A stretch of 64,000 bases of DNA, taken from the NCBI GenBank assembly GCA_964199315.1, contig OZ116700.1, forward strand, positions 15,996,001 through 16,060,000. Direction: 5' to 3'. Below the pieces are notes generated by a model. That model was given only the letters and a program-made list of their open reading frames with translations. It had not been told where the DNA came from and ran no database searches. A program made the translations under genes and the position numbers. Positions 22,664 to 34,859 of this stretch are shown here, piece by piece (positions within the stretch are counted from its first letter, which is position 1; each line of letters begins with the position of its first letter). Source of the DNA: Orbicella franksi (lineage: Eukaryota).

Positions 22664-25216
22664 ATAAATGAATTGTTTGCCTCAGCTCAGCTGTTCAGGA
22701 AATGGCTACATCTTGAATTACTGCTGGCTGACTTCAAAACCACGGGCCCACTTCCAAACATCCTCCTTTTCCACAACTTCGGACCACATTTTCAAACCTT
22801 GCCACTCTGGACAAACTCCAGATTGACTCCAGCACGAACTCTGTTTCCTCTACAAGGAATCGAACAGTTTGTTAATCTCATCCATTCAAACCCAACCTCT
22901 CTATAAGCCTTCAAAGTTGGGCTCTTACACTACTTCCCAGCCCTCCTCGGTCATAGGCCACAGACTCCTGTTCAATCAGTCCTTGTTTTTGTTTACTCAC
23001 ATGTCACGGACTGCCACGTTGAACCACACATTCCTCTCTCCACCTTTGACCAGCTGCAGTCGGCTTTGCCTCCTCCTCCTACCATGTAATCTATAGTTTC
23101 CTACCGGCTCACTTCATCCGACAAATCAAGCTCAGATGAATCCGAAAATGCAGAATTACTTCAGCTTCCAGCCCCTTCCAAGAAACTCTGCACAAGCCAA
23201 GTCCAAATATCCTTCCACGCAGCAGAAAGACTCCATCCCACACGGCCTCGATTCACACTTCCAGCAACAACAGCGGCAAGAAAATGAAGAAGGACAAGAA
23301 CAAGAAGAATGAGAAGAAAGATCGGCCAGAGAAGAAGAAGAAGGCATAGAAATGAAAGGCGACAGGAACCACGCAGGATATATTCCCATCAGCAAAGTCC
23401 AAAAACAATCATATACCCTGAACTAGAAAGAATTGCTGGGAGAAGTGCAGAACTTTCTCCGGGAAGTCAAACATTTTTCTACTCATCAAGTCAACCTGGA
23501 GAGACAAGCGAAACCACTGGCAATGTCCACATCACAGAAAGCCCAGGAAAGGACGTTGTGTGAGTTCAGAGACAATTCTTTTAACGATTTGATTATTGTT
23601 GTCTTTATTTGTTCAGACTTGTCTCTTTCATGCCCTCAGGTTTTCTAGTTTTTTGAAGGACTCACCTCCGAGTGGAATTGCAACCAAACGTTTTTCTGCA
23701 TGCGGCATCGTTGGAATCGTATATGGACTATCTTAAGGTGACATAATGGATTTTTCTGATGTTTGTGCGGGTACTGGGTCGAATTGAGCAGCCATGTTGG
23801 ATGTTGTGGGCATGTCAAATCTTTTTGGCTTGCTTATCCATGTTCCTAGTTTTAAAACCCATTTGTAAACTACCATAATTTTGACTGTCATAATCTATTC
23901 CAAAATTAATATTTGTAGAATCGGTCCATACCATAAAATCCAACAACCATTACTGCCTGAAATTTGCCCGTCAGATATAATTGTATTTCAGGCTATTTCA
24001 AGTTATGTTATGTTTGAATTCATATCCTTGACTGCAGAATTTGTTTTCCTGAAACTGGTTCAGAATGTCAATTATAAAAAGTGATATTTACGACTTGTGT
24101 TAATTATTGTTATTGACTGTTTAGTGTTATGTCGTGAATCTTGATAAATAGTGTAATGTTTTTTTTCATTTTTGCAGGACCACAGGAAATTGTCACCAAC
24201 AGCCATATCCAATCACTGCTGTTCGCTATTGAATGTGGTCAAATTCCTTCACTGAGAGAGCGCTCTGGAGTACCTAGACATTCCTGTGATCAAGCAGCTG
24301 AGAACTCAGGCCACACTTTTCCAGCGTCAAGGCAATTTGGAACGTCCCCACACCAAGGAAGAGCTGACAGTTCTGAACTGTTGGCTTGACTGGTAAGCAC
24401 AAGTAATATTATTTTACTGCTTTGCAATGGATAACAATCCATCTTCTCAAGATAAGTGAAGTTTCAATGTGTCATCTCTCGCATGAAAACGTACACCCAA
24501 AACAAATGGCTAGTGAATGTAGTTATTTGTATCTATTGAAACCTAAATGAAACTAAAACAATGCTGTGACTAAAATTAAGTTCTAAATTCTGAGCCACAA
24601 ACATCTAAACCATTGTTGTAGTCATATTTGGAGAGGGTTTCCGTTCGCATAGAACAGCTCAAGCAGTTGGCTTGAACGGATACCCGTTAGCATATGTTTT
24701 GGTGTGAGAGGTTAACATTAGAGTTGTTGAAACCTGCTACGCAGTCAATGTGACATTTTTAAGCGTCCCATCTTTGTCACCCCTTGGCAAGTCAACATGG
24801 CAAACAGTTGATGTATGAAAGTTTTCATTTACATTTCCAGTGACATCATTTCAAACTCCAGGACATTTGAAACCATCTTTCCACTACATGCACATTTTGA
24901 TTTCCCAGAGATTTTCAGTTAATTTTTAAACATCGCTTATCCTTTTTTTAAGTTTAAAAAGCCTTTGAAGGTTCATCACTAAGCGAATCACAGAAAAAGC
25001 GAATGTTGTCTAGAAAACATATTGTTTTGATTTGGTAAAAATGAATTTCGATCTGTTCCTTGAATAGCGTTGCCTTGCAAGTGACCAAAATCTAACCAGG
25101 TGGAAATCCTGTACAGTGCGAAAGTTCTTTTAAATTTTATAGTTACTTCAGTACTTCATCTTATTCCAAACACATATGCATATACAGACACGCAACAATC
25201 TGTCAACCCGACTTAA

Positions 25217-28200
25217 GGCGGGGGTAAACATGAAATTTGGTCAGAAAATGCGATTTTTTTTTTCGAGCCATCTAAACCTTTATCATTGAGGATCGTTTTG
25301 CAGCTGTTTCAAGCTCTAGTTTGTAACCGTTTTGCCTCTGTGAGCTTTTTATTGACGTGCAGTAAAAATAAGCAAAGCCGTTGCCATGGAAACGCATCTG
25401 TGTGTTTAGTGGTTTTGGGCTCTTTTTATGCTTTTGTGTTGCCCCTGCGTTCCAAAACACACAAGGCTTGGTTGAGAGGAACTCTGTGCCTGTCTACATG
25501 AAATAGAACTCAGATTTTGCATTATGGGATAGGATTTGGCCCGCGCAAAATTTTGTCGATCGAATTCAATCTTAGGAAACTCGTTGTTGCAGCTAATATC
25601 GTTTAAAATGGCTGGATACAAGGAAAAAAATGTATATAGAAAGAAAAGGAAAAGAAAGCCATTCTCGGGAGTACCGAAACAGGCCAAAAGGCAGAAGAAA
25701 ACCACCGAAATCGTCGATCCAACTCCGAGCACTTCTCGTGATAATTGCTCTGACACTGACATTGAATTCGAAATGGAAGAGCCCATCAGTGCTTCCAGAA
25801 AGAAAATGAAGCTGCAATCGTCGCTCAACGATTCCTCTGAGCCCATTGAGAGTGAAAATGATATGTTTCAGAGACAAGGATACCGGCTAATAGACCTGGA
25901 GAGACTTTCCTCGACACTCTCTGAAGCACATGTCTGCGAGGAAGGTAAGACATTTTTATTTTTGACTATTTTTCTTACACTCGTGTAGTTTCATGTAAGC
26001 TACTACATATGTTATTTGGAAGTGTTTACATTTAGTTCGAAGTACAGTAACTTATGTTGGCATAGGAGGTAAAGCATGGGTTTTTCTACATAATTAGTTT
26101 GAACAATCTCCAGTTCAATATTGCAAGAATTAGGGCTGTGTTTATACACTTGTTTTAATTGCAGTCTACCTTAGATAAGAAAGCCCTAACATTCCTTTCT
26201 GTATTTATAATTTAGGTACTTTAACTCTTCAAGAGAATGAATCTGGAAGAAGAGGCCTAAAGAGTGAGCTGTCTGCTCAGTGTAGCTCTTGCCTAGAGGA
26301 GTCACCTTTAGAGACATCCTTTTTCATAACCAATAGAGGAAAATCTGTGGATGTCAACAGGCGCATAGTTTACCACTCCATAGAAACCGGTGGTGGATAT
26401 GAAGGACTAGCGTCATTCTGTAGCATAATGAACATGCCGTGCCTTTCCAAGCCAGCATATTACCAGCATGTGGAGACAATTCTGGATGCTCTGGAGTTTG
26501 AAGCCCTGGAGGACATGAGAGCAGCTGGACAAAGGCTTCGCGAGCACATTTTGAAGGAGAGTAGAGAAGAAAATACTGATACAGTTGTGGATGCAGCAGT
26601 AAGTTTCGATGGTACATGGGCAAAAAGGGGCTTTACCTCTCTCACTGGAGTTGTCTTTGTGCTGTCAGTAGACACTGGAGAAGTTCTTGACTACCATGTC
26701 CTATCCAAATCCTGCCAGAAGTGTTCACTTAAGAAGGGACACTGTAATTCAGATGATGAATTTGAAGAGTGGCAGATGGAGCACATTGCCTCAGGTGATT
26801 GTGACATAAACTTTCATGGCAGTTCCCCAGCCATGGAGACAGAGGGAGCTTAAGTCTTATGGAACCGATCACTAGAGAGACACAAAATCTGATATAAATG
26901 GATGGTCAGCGACGGTGACAGTAAAGCCTTCAGTGCAGTGGAAGATACATATGGTGACCACTGCAAAGTTGTCAAATTAGACTGTGTTGGTCACATCCAG
27001 AAGCGCATGGGGAAGCATCTTCTCAACTTAAAGGCATGGACAAAAGGAAAGCTGGCTGATGGTAAGCCTATTGGAGGTCGTGGTCGTCTATTGGAGGAAA
27101 AAATCAAGCAAATTCAAAGATATTATGGTCTAGCTATTAGACAGAACACTGACCACAGCCAATCCTTCTGACAGAGATGTTAATATGGCAGTATATTCTA
27201 TGAAAAAGAATGTAATTGCCATATTAAACCACTCTGTTAAAGCTCAAGACTTAGCAAAGCAGCATAGATTTTGTCCTCCAGGCGAGAGCTCTTGGTGCAA
27301 ATGGCAACAAGATCAAGCCTCTGGAACTGCTACTTATAAAAAGGATGAGTGCCTGCCAGAAATTTTTCTTGAGTTGCTGCGCCCAACATTTATGACACTA
27401 AGCGAGACAAAGCTTCTTGAAAGATGTGTTCGTGGTACAACACAGAACCGAAATGAATGCATCAATTCACTGGTTTGGGTTCGGTGTCCCAAACACAAGC
27501 ACCATGGGGTGAAGGTCATCCGCTGTGCAGCCGCGTCTGCTGTTCTGCATTTTCATGGTGGAGCTGCCAGCAGGGAGAAAGTTATGGAGAGGCTTTCAAT
27601 ACCAGCTGGAAAATTTACCAGCAGAGCTTTGCTTGCAAGAGACAGGAAGCGACTGCAGAAGTCAGACCTTCAGGCCAGCAGAAAACAGAAGAAACGTCGT
27701 CAATCAGAACAGCTGAGGCGAACTCGAAGAGAGGAGGCTCTGCGAGAGGCAGAGGGTGTCACCTATGAAGCTGGTGCCTTCTAGGCTTTCCCTGTTGAAC
27801 TTACAATTGTATTTGGTCATATCATGAACTTTAAGCCCCTTGATTCTGTGTAACTGACAAAAGAAACTCTTCTGGAACTTTATGTGTGAATTTCCGAAAA
27901 CATGTATTTTATACCTTTGAGAAAGGATATCTCAGGATGTATTAGTTCAATTTGTCTGAAATTTTCAGGGCTCTATATTCTCACTGAGTTGAGTAGGATG
28001 AGCAGACAGTTTCTAAATAAGTCAAATTTTAGGCAAGTTATTGAGAAATCTCATCCTTAAAAAATTTTGCTGAACTTTGAACTGGCGCTGTGCCCATAAT
28101 TTTAGTGGATTTGAAAATTCCTCTGCTTATCCAAGAGAGTGAACCCTGTACTTTGTGTTGACACTAGAACCACTTCATTCCATAAAATATATGAGGAGTT

Positions 28201-28415
28201 ACCTTTTCTCAACTAACACTAGGTTTTTCACAGCATGTGGCTAACATATTGATCTGGTATCAAATTACAAATTTGTCTAGGGCAAAATCATTGGTATTTT
28301 CAGAAAGTGTGATTCCTAAGCTTTCTTCTGATATATAGTTTTATATGGTTCTGAAATGTAGTTGTGGTATTACACTTGTTTGAAAAAAGTGCCTATTTTC
28401 ATGTTTACCCCCGCC
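25217..28415 (+). mobile_element. Kolobok-type DNA transposon, 3199 bp, both ends present, inside intron 3 of the YR gene
   Basis: TTAA at 25213-25216 and 28416-28419. Perfect 19-bp TIR GGCGGGGGTAAACATGAAA. Confidence 0.9.
25608..27784 (+). pseudogene. Kolobok (Mutator-like domain) transposase, spliced (exon 1 25608-25944, exon 2 from 26216), disrupted
   Basis: SFDGTWAKRG, VSDGDSK, CVGHIQKRMG, NRNECINSLVWVRCPK, YEAGAF*. Several in-frame stops. Confidence 0.85.
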
Positions 28416-31299
28416 TTAACCCACGGATAAAAATCTGAATGCTTTTTCTCAAATCTAACTTATCGGTTGTCAACTGTATTGTGATTTAAGCCGAATAATC
28501 GAATGAACCAGGAGTAAACATTGCGGATTGTCATCAGAAGGTTGCACACAAATCTAGTAAATTGAAAATTAACAAACTATAAGATTGTTGAAAAATTTTT
28601 GATTCTTTGCCATTTAAGATTAAGAGAGAGTCTCCGCGTCTCTGTTTTAATCCCCATTCCATTGTTATTGAAGGAAAAGGGTTAAGAACAGGGTTGACTG
28701 GTAGGCACAAGTATCATCATTTTACTGCTTTGCGATGGGTAAAAATCCATCTTCTTATGATCTGTAAATTTTACACGCGTGTAATTACACGTACCTAACA
28801 CACACTGTCCACGAATACTACACGCAGACTATACGCATTTTACGCGCTGTAGGCACTGCAATCCCTTTGACCGGTTTGTACATCTGTAAGTGACAAATTT
28901 GAATTTTCCAACCCCTAACAATAGTTGTTTCTACGCTTTGTGTATCCATGACTAAAAACTATGGATATGTGCAGGCTAATATCTTGATACAACATTTTGC
29001 AAGGAGCAGATTGTCAATGCTTGCAGTGTGCAGAGAGATTATTTTGAGATGGCCATCAACAAAAGGGACAAAGCACGCGAATGCTGTGACCTGGTGATTT
29101 TGGCCGTGCACGTTTTTATCCCTCCAGGCAGGAGTGTCGAGGTTCGTACCCTGAAGATTCAAAGAAACTGACAGGAGTTTCATCCTAATCAGGCCAAAGG
29201 CGGAAATGTCCTCTTGATGAAGGATTCAGAAGAGGTCAAGGTTTACTTCCACAACTCTAAAACTGCAAAGTTCCTTGGCCATCAGGAGCTGCCTTCAAAG
29301 TGTTACACCATGTAAATATGTCACACCTTCGCACCAGCACCTATTGCACAGCATGCACATGCACATAATTAGCATACAGCACAACCACTGCACATTTGTA
29401 TAAATTAAGCAGTTATTTAAATTAAAACATTCAGTTTACCATATCCGAAACCGAGTAAATAACAGAAGATAAGACAAAGTAGCAGAATGACTTAATTAAC
29501 ACTTTTGAATATTTTGATTGGTCTCCTATTTTCCTATTGATCATGGAGGTAAACTAGCTGTAGTTGGATTCTTTTGTGGGATTATCCAATAGTTGTTGCA
29601 TAATCCTAATGGTCACTTGCCATATTGAGGAATTTGTTCTTGGAGCCAGGCCTTGAATTTGCCAAGAGCTGTGATTATGATACTATATTATGATACGTCC
29701 CGAGATGTTGTACTGAAAAGAAACAAATCCACGTCACACCATTTCTTCTGACCACAGGCAGATCATGAACTGTGCAAAATACCTCTCGACTTTGTGAAAA
29801 CTCACCGTCCACAATTGGTTGGCAAGGAAAGCAGTGACATCTTGCTTCTGGTAAGGACATTATCTTCAAGCTGTAATGCAGTAACTTACTGTCATTCCAT
29901 TTGGGGTGATTAGCAGGACAAACTGACCCCAGATTCTAGCATCAAGTCAAACCCTGAAACTTACACACAATGATCACTGCATTTCAAACCTATGTTGGTC
30001 AACTTTTGAGAGTATTTGGTAACAATGTCGATTTTTGAGAATTTTTTAAACTTTTTTTTTGGTCGAGCATCAAAATGAGGGCCATGCATACTTTTTGGTT
30101 TTCTGGTATTATTTTACGTTCTTTTAATTCTTTGTTTGCCAAATTTGGCCTCCAAATAGTTCAAAACGTGGCTCAGGATCTAAAGTGATTTTAGAGTATT
30201 AACCTTTTGCTTTGGCCTCCTTATGATATTGCAAAGTTCACCATTTAAGGGCCTTTCAAACCCTTTGGCATTTTTTCTTCTCTGTTGTTTGAAACGGTCA
30301 CAATCAATAATGTTTCCATTGGACAAAATAATTTTTATACGTAACAAAGGTATATAGGTATGGTATACCTCACGTCTTGACCGACTACAAATTGAGACAA
30401 TTCTTTAAATTATTACACCGTATTTTATTGACCAAAAAGGAGCTTAAGAGGTTCAAAATTTCTGAAAGCAAAGATTGTTTTTTTCTGCAAATCCCCTGAT
30501 TCCTTGGAACATGCATTTCTGGAATGTCCTACCAGCCTAAACTTCTTTCAAAAAGTTCTTGCATGGTTCAATAATGAGCATAGAGTTAGACTTTACACCC
30601 TCTAAAATACAGCTACTATTTGAGGACTATGATCCACCCCCAAATACAAGCCCAAACCTTACCAGGAAGTTTGGAATTTTAGTTGTGCAAACTCAAAAAT
30701 ATTATTCTTGCAAAATGTTGGAAAAAACTTTTAATTTTCTTGAATTGAAGTCAGCCCTATCTTTGCCATGGAAAGCTGAAAAATGCATTAATTTAATTCA
30801 ATTTACGATATATAATCAGTCTCAGTGGCAAAATCAGTCATTAATGTTCTCCTACTATTGTTATAATATGAATGTAAAGAAGATTTAATCATTAGGTATA
30901 AAATCGTAAGTGGTGTAAGTTAGTACAGTGTATTAGTATCATAACTTAAAAAGGTAAATGTATTGTTTTGTTGAGTAAGTTCTGTATCTGTATTGTATTG
31001 TTAAATAGTGTAAGTAGCGTTAGTAGTTGTATTATTGTTGTAAGTTGTGTCGATCACTATTAAAGTATTTAAAAAATATATATAACAAAGAAACAGTTCA
31101 TGTACTAATATAATAACTCTGCGAAAAGTCCTAAAAGAAATTTACAACATTGTAGTGTCTCATTTGTTTACACACACAGTCTTTGTGGTTCAGTGTGAGA
31201 TTTGAACGAAAGTTGTCTTCACGCACAGATCACGCAAGAAGAAAACAACACTTTTGAACACCAATGACTTTGGCCTTCAGAAGAAAAAACCAGTGGAAC

Positions 31300-33480
31300 C
31301 CAGGCTAACTACACCGTAGTTCAATTTTTCTACATGAGCGTCATTATTTGGAAATCTTTTGTGATTGTCACGTTATCTGCTACCAGACTGTGAAGTTCAA
31401 GTGATCAAAGGGCTTTTTTCCCGTAGGCGTCACGAACACGCTCAAGGTTAAGCTCAGGTTCATACAAAAGTATGTAGTAAGCCAGTGCATTCGATTTTGT
31501 TTTCACAGTATCAGCAAACACAAATCCAGATCTGGTCTCAGGCTGTTTGAAAAGTAAAGATGATATTATATCTCTTCCCACTGCAGTGACTTATCTCATG
31601 GATAACATTGGAAGCAAGCGCTGAGCATTTCGACCACCAACATGGCACCTAATAACAAACAGACAGTTTGACCTGCAGCAACTTCTTGGGCCTTCTTGCG
31701 GTAAGATTCATAAGTTCTTGCAGCTTCTTGCAGTTAAATTTTCAACTTCTTGAAGATAAACTGCAAAAAAAAAACTTTTCTACTTCTTGTGACTGCTTGT
31801 GTGTTCTTGCGGCGCAAGAACTTCTTGCACAACGTCTTGCACATGTATCATAGTAGGGTTGTACTGTAGAAGTGCTTTAGATCAGCCACAAATCACTTGT
31901 TTAACGTTATCCAAGCGATGTGATGCGGGACACATTGTTGTCCCATTTTCCTTCCTTAGTTTGTCAAAATTGTACATGCGTTGTTGTTGTTCCTGTCAAA
32001 GACATTTGAGAAACATCAATTGACCCTTCAGCTATAAACCAATACTGCTGGACCAATAGGTTTCAGCCTCATATTTGGTAGCCAATGATTTCATGGTACC
32101 TAGCTGGAGCTTTGGAGAACTTTTAACATCACTGCTTTGGATTTTTCCTATCGTAATTGCTGTTCACATTTGGGGGTCACTTTTGGCCAATGAACCAAAC
32201 ATTTTTTTCTCTGATAAGGCCTCCGTTGCTGACATTATTGCGATGCTTTTGAGGGACTTCGAGTGTAAATCCTAGGACAACATCTTATTTCAAGCACATC
32301 GTATTCCAGTATAACTCAATTCTAGGGCTAATTGAATTTCACAACTCCAGGTAACAAGTTTCAAGGAAATTTCACCAGAGCGCAACCAGTTTCCAACTCT
32401 GGTAGCCGAGAACCTAATGCCAAAGAGTCGAGTGCTAACTTGAGAGAGATGTTATGCTCAGCCCTTCTGGGTTGTTCATGGCGGCTATACCAATGCGGAT
32501 AGGTTGTTTTTCGCCAGCTCTATCAGTAGTTTTCTGGTTCTGTGGATCCTCCCTTGTCTTTGGCCCCAAATTGCATCCCTCTGTTTATTTCATATCTTTC
32601 TTTTCATTGCGAAGATATGGTCCATCTTTCAGCTATTTTGTATGTACACAAAGTAAAGGGTTTCTGGGATCCTTTCAAATCTTTCTGGATTCAAAAGCTG
32701 TTGACAGCTTTAGGCCGCAAACAGTCTTTAGACATCTGTCTTGCTGTGACAGGGCCAATTTTGCGTGAGCTGCTTTGCTCTCTCAGTGTCACTAACTCTT
32801 CAGCGTATCAACATTCCATCTTTTCAGCACTGTTTCTGGTGCATTTTACAGTCTCTTGGGGGTGAACTGGCCACCAAGGACCCACAATTTACACCTTCAG
32901 CACTTTGGTACAGTAATTTAACCTTTTTGACCTGTGATGGTCAACTCTGTGCTCAGTTACTATTTCAGAATATAAACATAATTCTACTCTCAGGCCTTTC
33001 AGCATTTTTCCTTGTGAGAGATGTTTCATGACAGCCCTTCTCCACTACTGCAGACTTGGAGGAACTCATCCTGGGCCACTTTTTTGTCATGCAGATCAAA
33101 GCCCGATTCCTGTTCATTAATTCAATGTTGATCTTGATCTCATTAGGCAAAAAAGCCGTAGTTTCCATATCAGTGGCACCTGCGATGCTGCAGATAGAGG
33201 TTATTCTGACATGTAAATCCAGGCTCTTAGGCACCTGAAATCAGACACATTTAAAGTTTATTTGAGGTCCAAAGTTCTTTACGCTGACTATTATACTAGT
33301 CAATTTGGTGTACGTATTGCGCCTTCAAGAAGGTCAGACAACAGGGCTGCTTCTTGGCGGCTCAGCATTTTTGTTTATAGAACTGTATCGTTTTTCTGTG
33401 CCGTTTATGTGGTTCATTCAATGGGCTGCTACTTGGTGGATAATGCTAATTGCTTTCTGGTTTGTTAGATGTTTATGTCG
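31300..33480 (-). pseudogene. Unassigned decayed coding-like sequence
   Basis: Long protein-like minus-strand stretches broken by isolated stops (for example KSIAIMSATEALSEKKMFGSLAK..., LQEAARTYESYRKKAQEV). No family recognised. Confidence 0.3.
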
Positions 33481-34562
33481 AGTGTAAGCAATTTCATTCA
33501 GACATCAGCTGCTGTGTTGCTGTTACCACAATCTACTTGTAATGCACATTGTACTTCTCTGTTTTTCCAAGAGGCTCATTGTTACAGCTGAGATGAAGCA
33601 GAATGACTAAGATATGAGTTAATTGAAACAAAAGTTCAATTATGGAGAATGGGAAAGCAACAAACAAAATGCAAAGCAGGTGGAACATGAAATGAATTAC
33701 GCATGGATGCTTAAGGTGAATTGTTTTTCCAGCTATATGAGTAGTAGACCTCCCAGCAGATTGCAAATTTACTCTCCCATCTTTTAACGTCGCAGTGCAG
33801 AACTGTTGGAGACATGATTATGCAAACAAAAAAAATGAACAAACATGAACAATAATTATGTCCATCAAAGAATAAATGCATTTTCCTCAATAAATGGCTT
33901 GTGGGTAGGGGTTAAAACCCATAATCTTAAGATATACATGTAGATGTTGCATAGTTACAACACGTTCTGCCATATTCTTTTGTTTCCTTTCCAATTCCAA
34001 AACCCTATGCAATTAAAACAGCATTTCTTTTTGAAAGCCAGAAAACTAGAGGATGTCAAAATAATGAACATTAAGAAAGAGCTCACCTTATTAGAGGTAA
34101 CTGCACCCAAAGGACAGAATTTTACCCAAGAAAATTATGCTGTTCTTTTAGGAAAAGAGCTTTTTGATAAAGGGGAAGTGAAGAGAATAAATGAAGGGAA
34201 GGTAATCACTAAGACTAACGTTGTCTTGAGTACCTCCGGGTGTGCCAAACCCATGTCCGATTGTCTGGGACAGGTAGAAATTTAGTTTGGACATGTAAAT
34301 CTTAAACATGACTTGTCTGTGGGACACGCACATTTCTGATGTCTAAACAACTACAGAAACAGAGGAAAATTGACTTCAAGTTGCAGTAGAATTGAAATAT
34401 ATCTAACAATAATAACAGCAAACCTTTAACTTGACAAAATAAGTGTAAAGATTCCTATAAATTTTGCTATGCTACAGCCATTTATTTGTTTCAGTGACCT
34501 CATCTAGCCTTAGTAACCAGGCCTGTTAAGACTAATCCCCAGGCTCTAAATCCGAGTCTATA

Positions 34563-34859
34563 ATGGCGGAATCTCAAAAGCATCAGTCCACGCTGTTTGC
34601 TTTCCTTCCAAACCAGTCAACCAAAGAATCAAGCAAAAAATCAACTGAGTCTTCAAGTAGTCATAGCAAGAAGAAAGGCAAGGTCCTTTCAAAGCAGGAT
34701 TACGAAAAGAAGAGAAAAAGCAACTTTCAAGAGCAGTGGAAGTCAGAATTTCCATGGCTTGGCATTGCAGCAGACGAATCTGGAGGGAAAATGCACTGCT
34801 TCTACTGCAGAGAAAATGAAGCTTTAGCTGATAAAAGCAGCCCCCTCTTTTACTCGTAA
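34563..34859 (+). pseudogene. TTF-type zinc-finger fragment (N-terminus typical of ZNF862-like hAT transposases)
   Basis: FQEQWKSEFPWL....GKMHCFYCRENEALADKSSPL. The rest of the transposase is absent. Confidence 0.6.

Larger units (their letters stand above)
22673..29850 (+). pseudogene. Multi-exon tyrosine recombinase (non-Crypton, non-DIRS type). Exons: about 22673-23559, 23640-23737, 24178-24392, about 29003-29298, 29758-29850; C-terminal exon(s) not found
   Basis: Spliced reading: ...VNLERQAKPLAMSTSQKAQERTL|CFLVF*RTHLRVELQPNVFLHAASLESYMDYLK|DHRKLSPTAISNHCCSLLNVVKFLH*...LNCWLDW|EQIVNAC...LVILAVHVFIPPGRSVEVRTLKI...YFHNSKTAKFLGHQEL..|ADHELCKIPLDFVKTHRPQLVGKESSDILLL|. Introns 1 and 2 have matching GT-AG phases; the exon-4 splice sites are mutated. 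The 5' limit of exon 1 is uncertain. Confidence 0.72.

Noticed and set aside
31668-32023. CXC/tesmin-like cysteine cluster on the + strand (CSCGARTSCTTSCTC)
   Set aside because: The spacing is incomplete and there is no upstream transposase context; more likely antisense to the decayed minus-strand frame.
31900-32280. cGAS/Mab-21-like C-terminus guessed from ETYW...LMFLKCL
   Set aside because: The similarity is too weak and no nucleotidyltransferase motifs were seen.
33130-33290. Nucleoside-phosphorylase-like DMET motif and ATPase-like KNFGP motif
   Set aside because: Isolated short matches without the required neighbouring motifs (no Walker A, no R.ISD).
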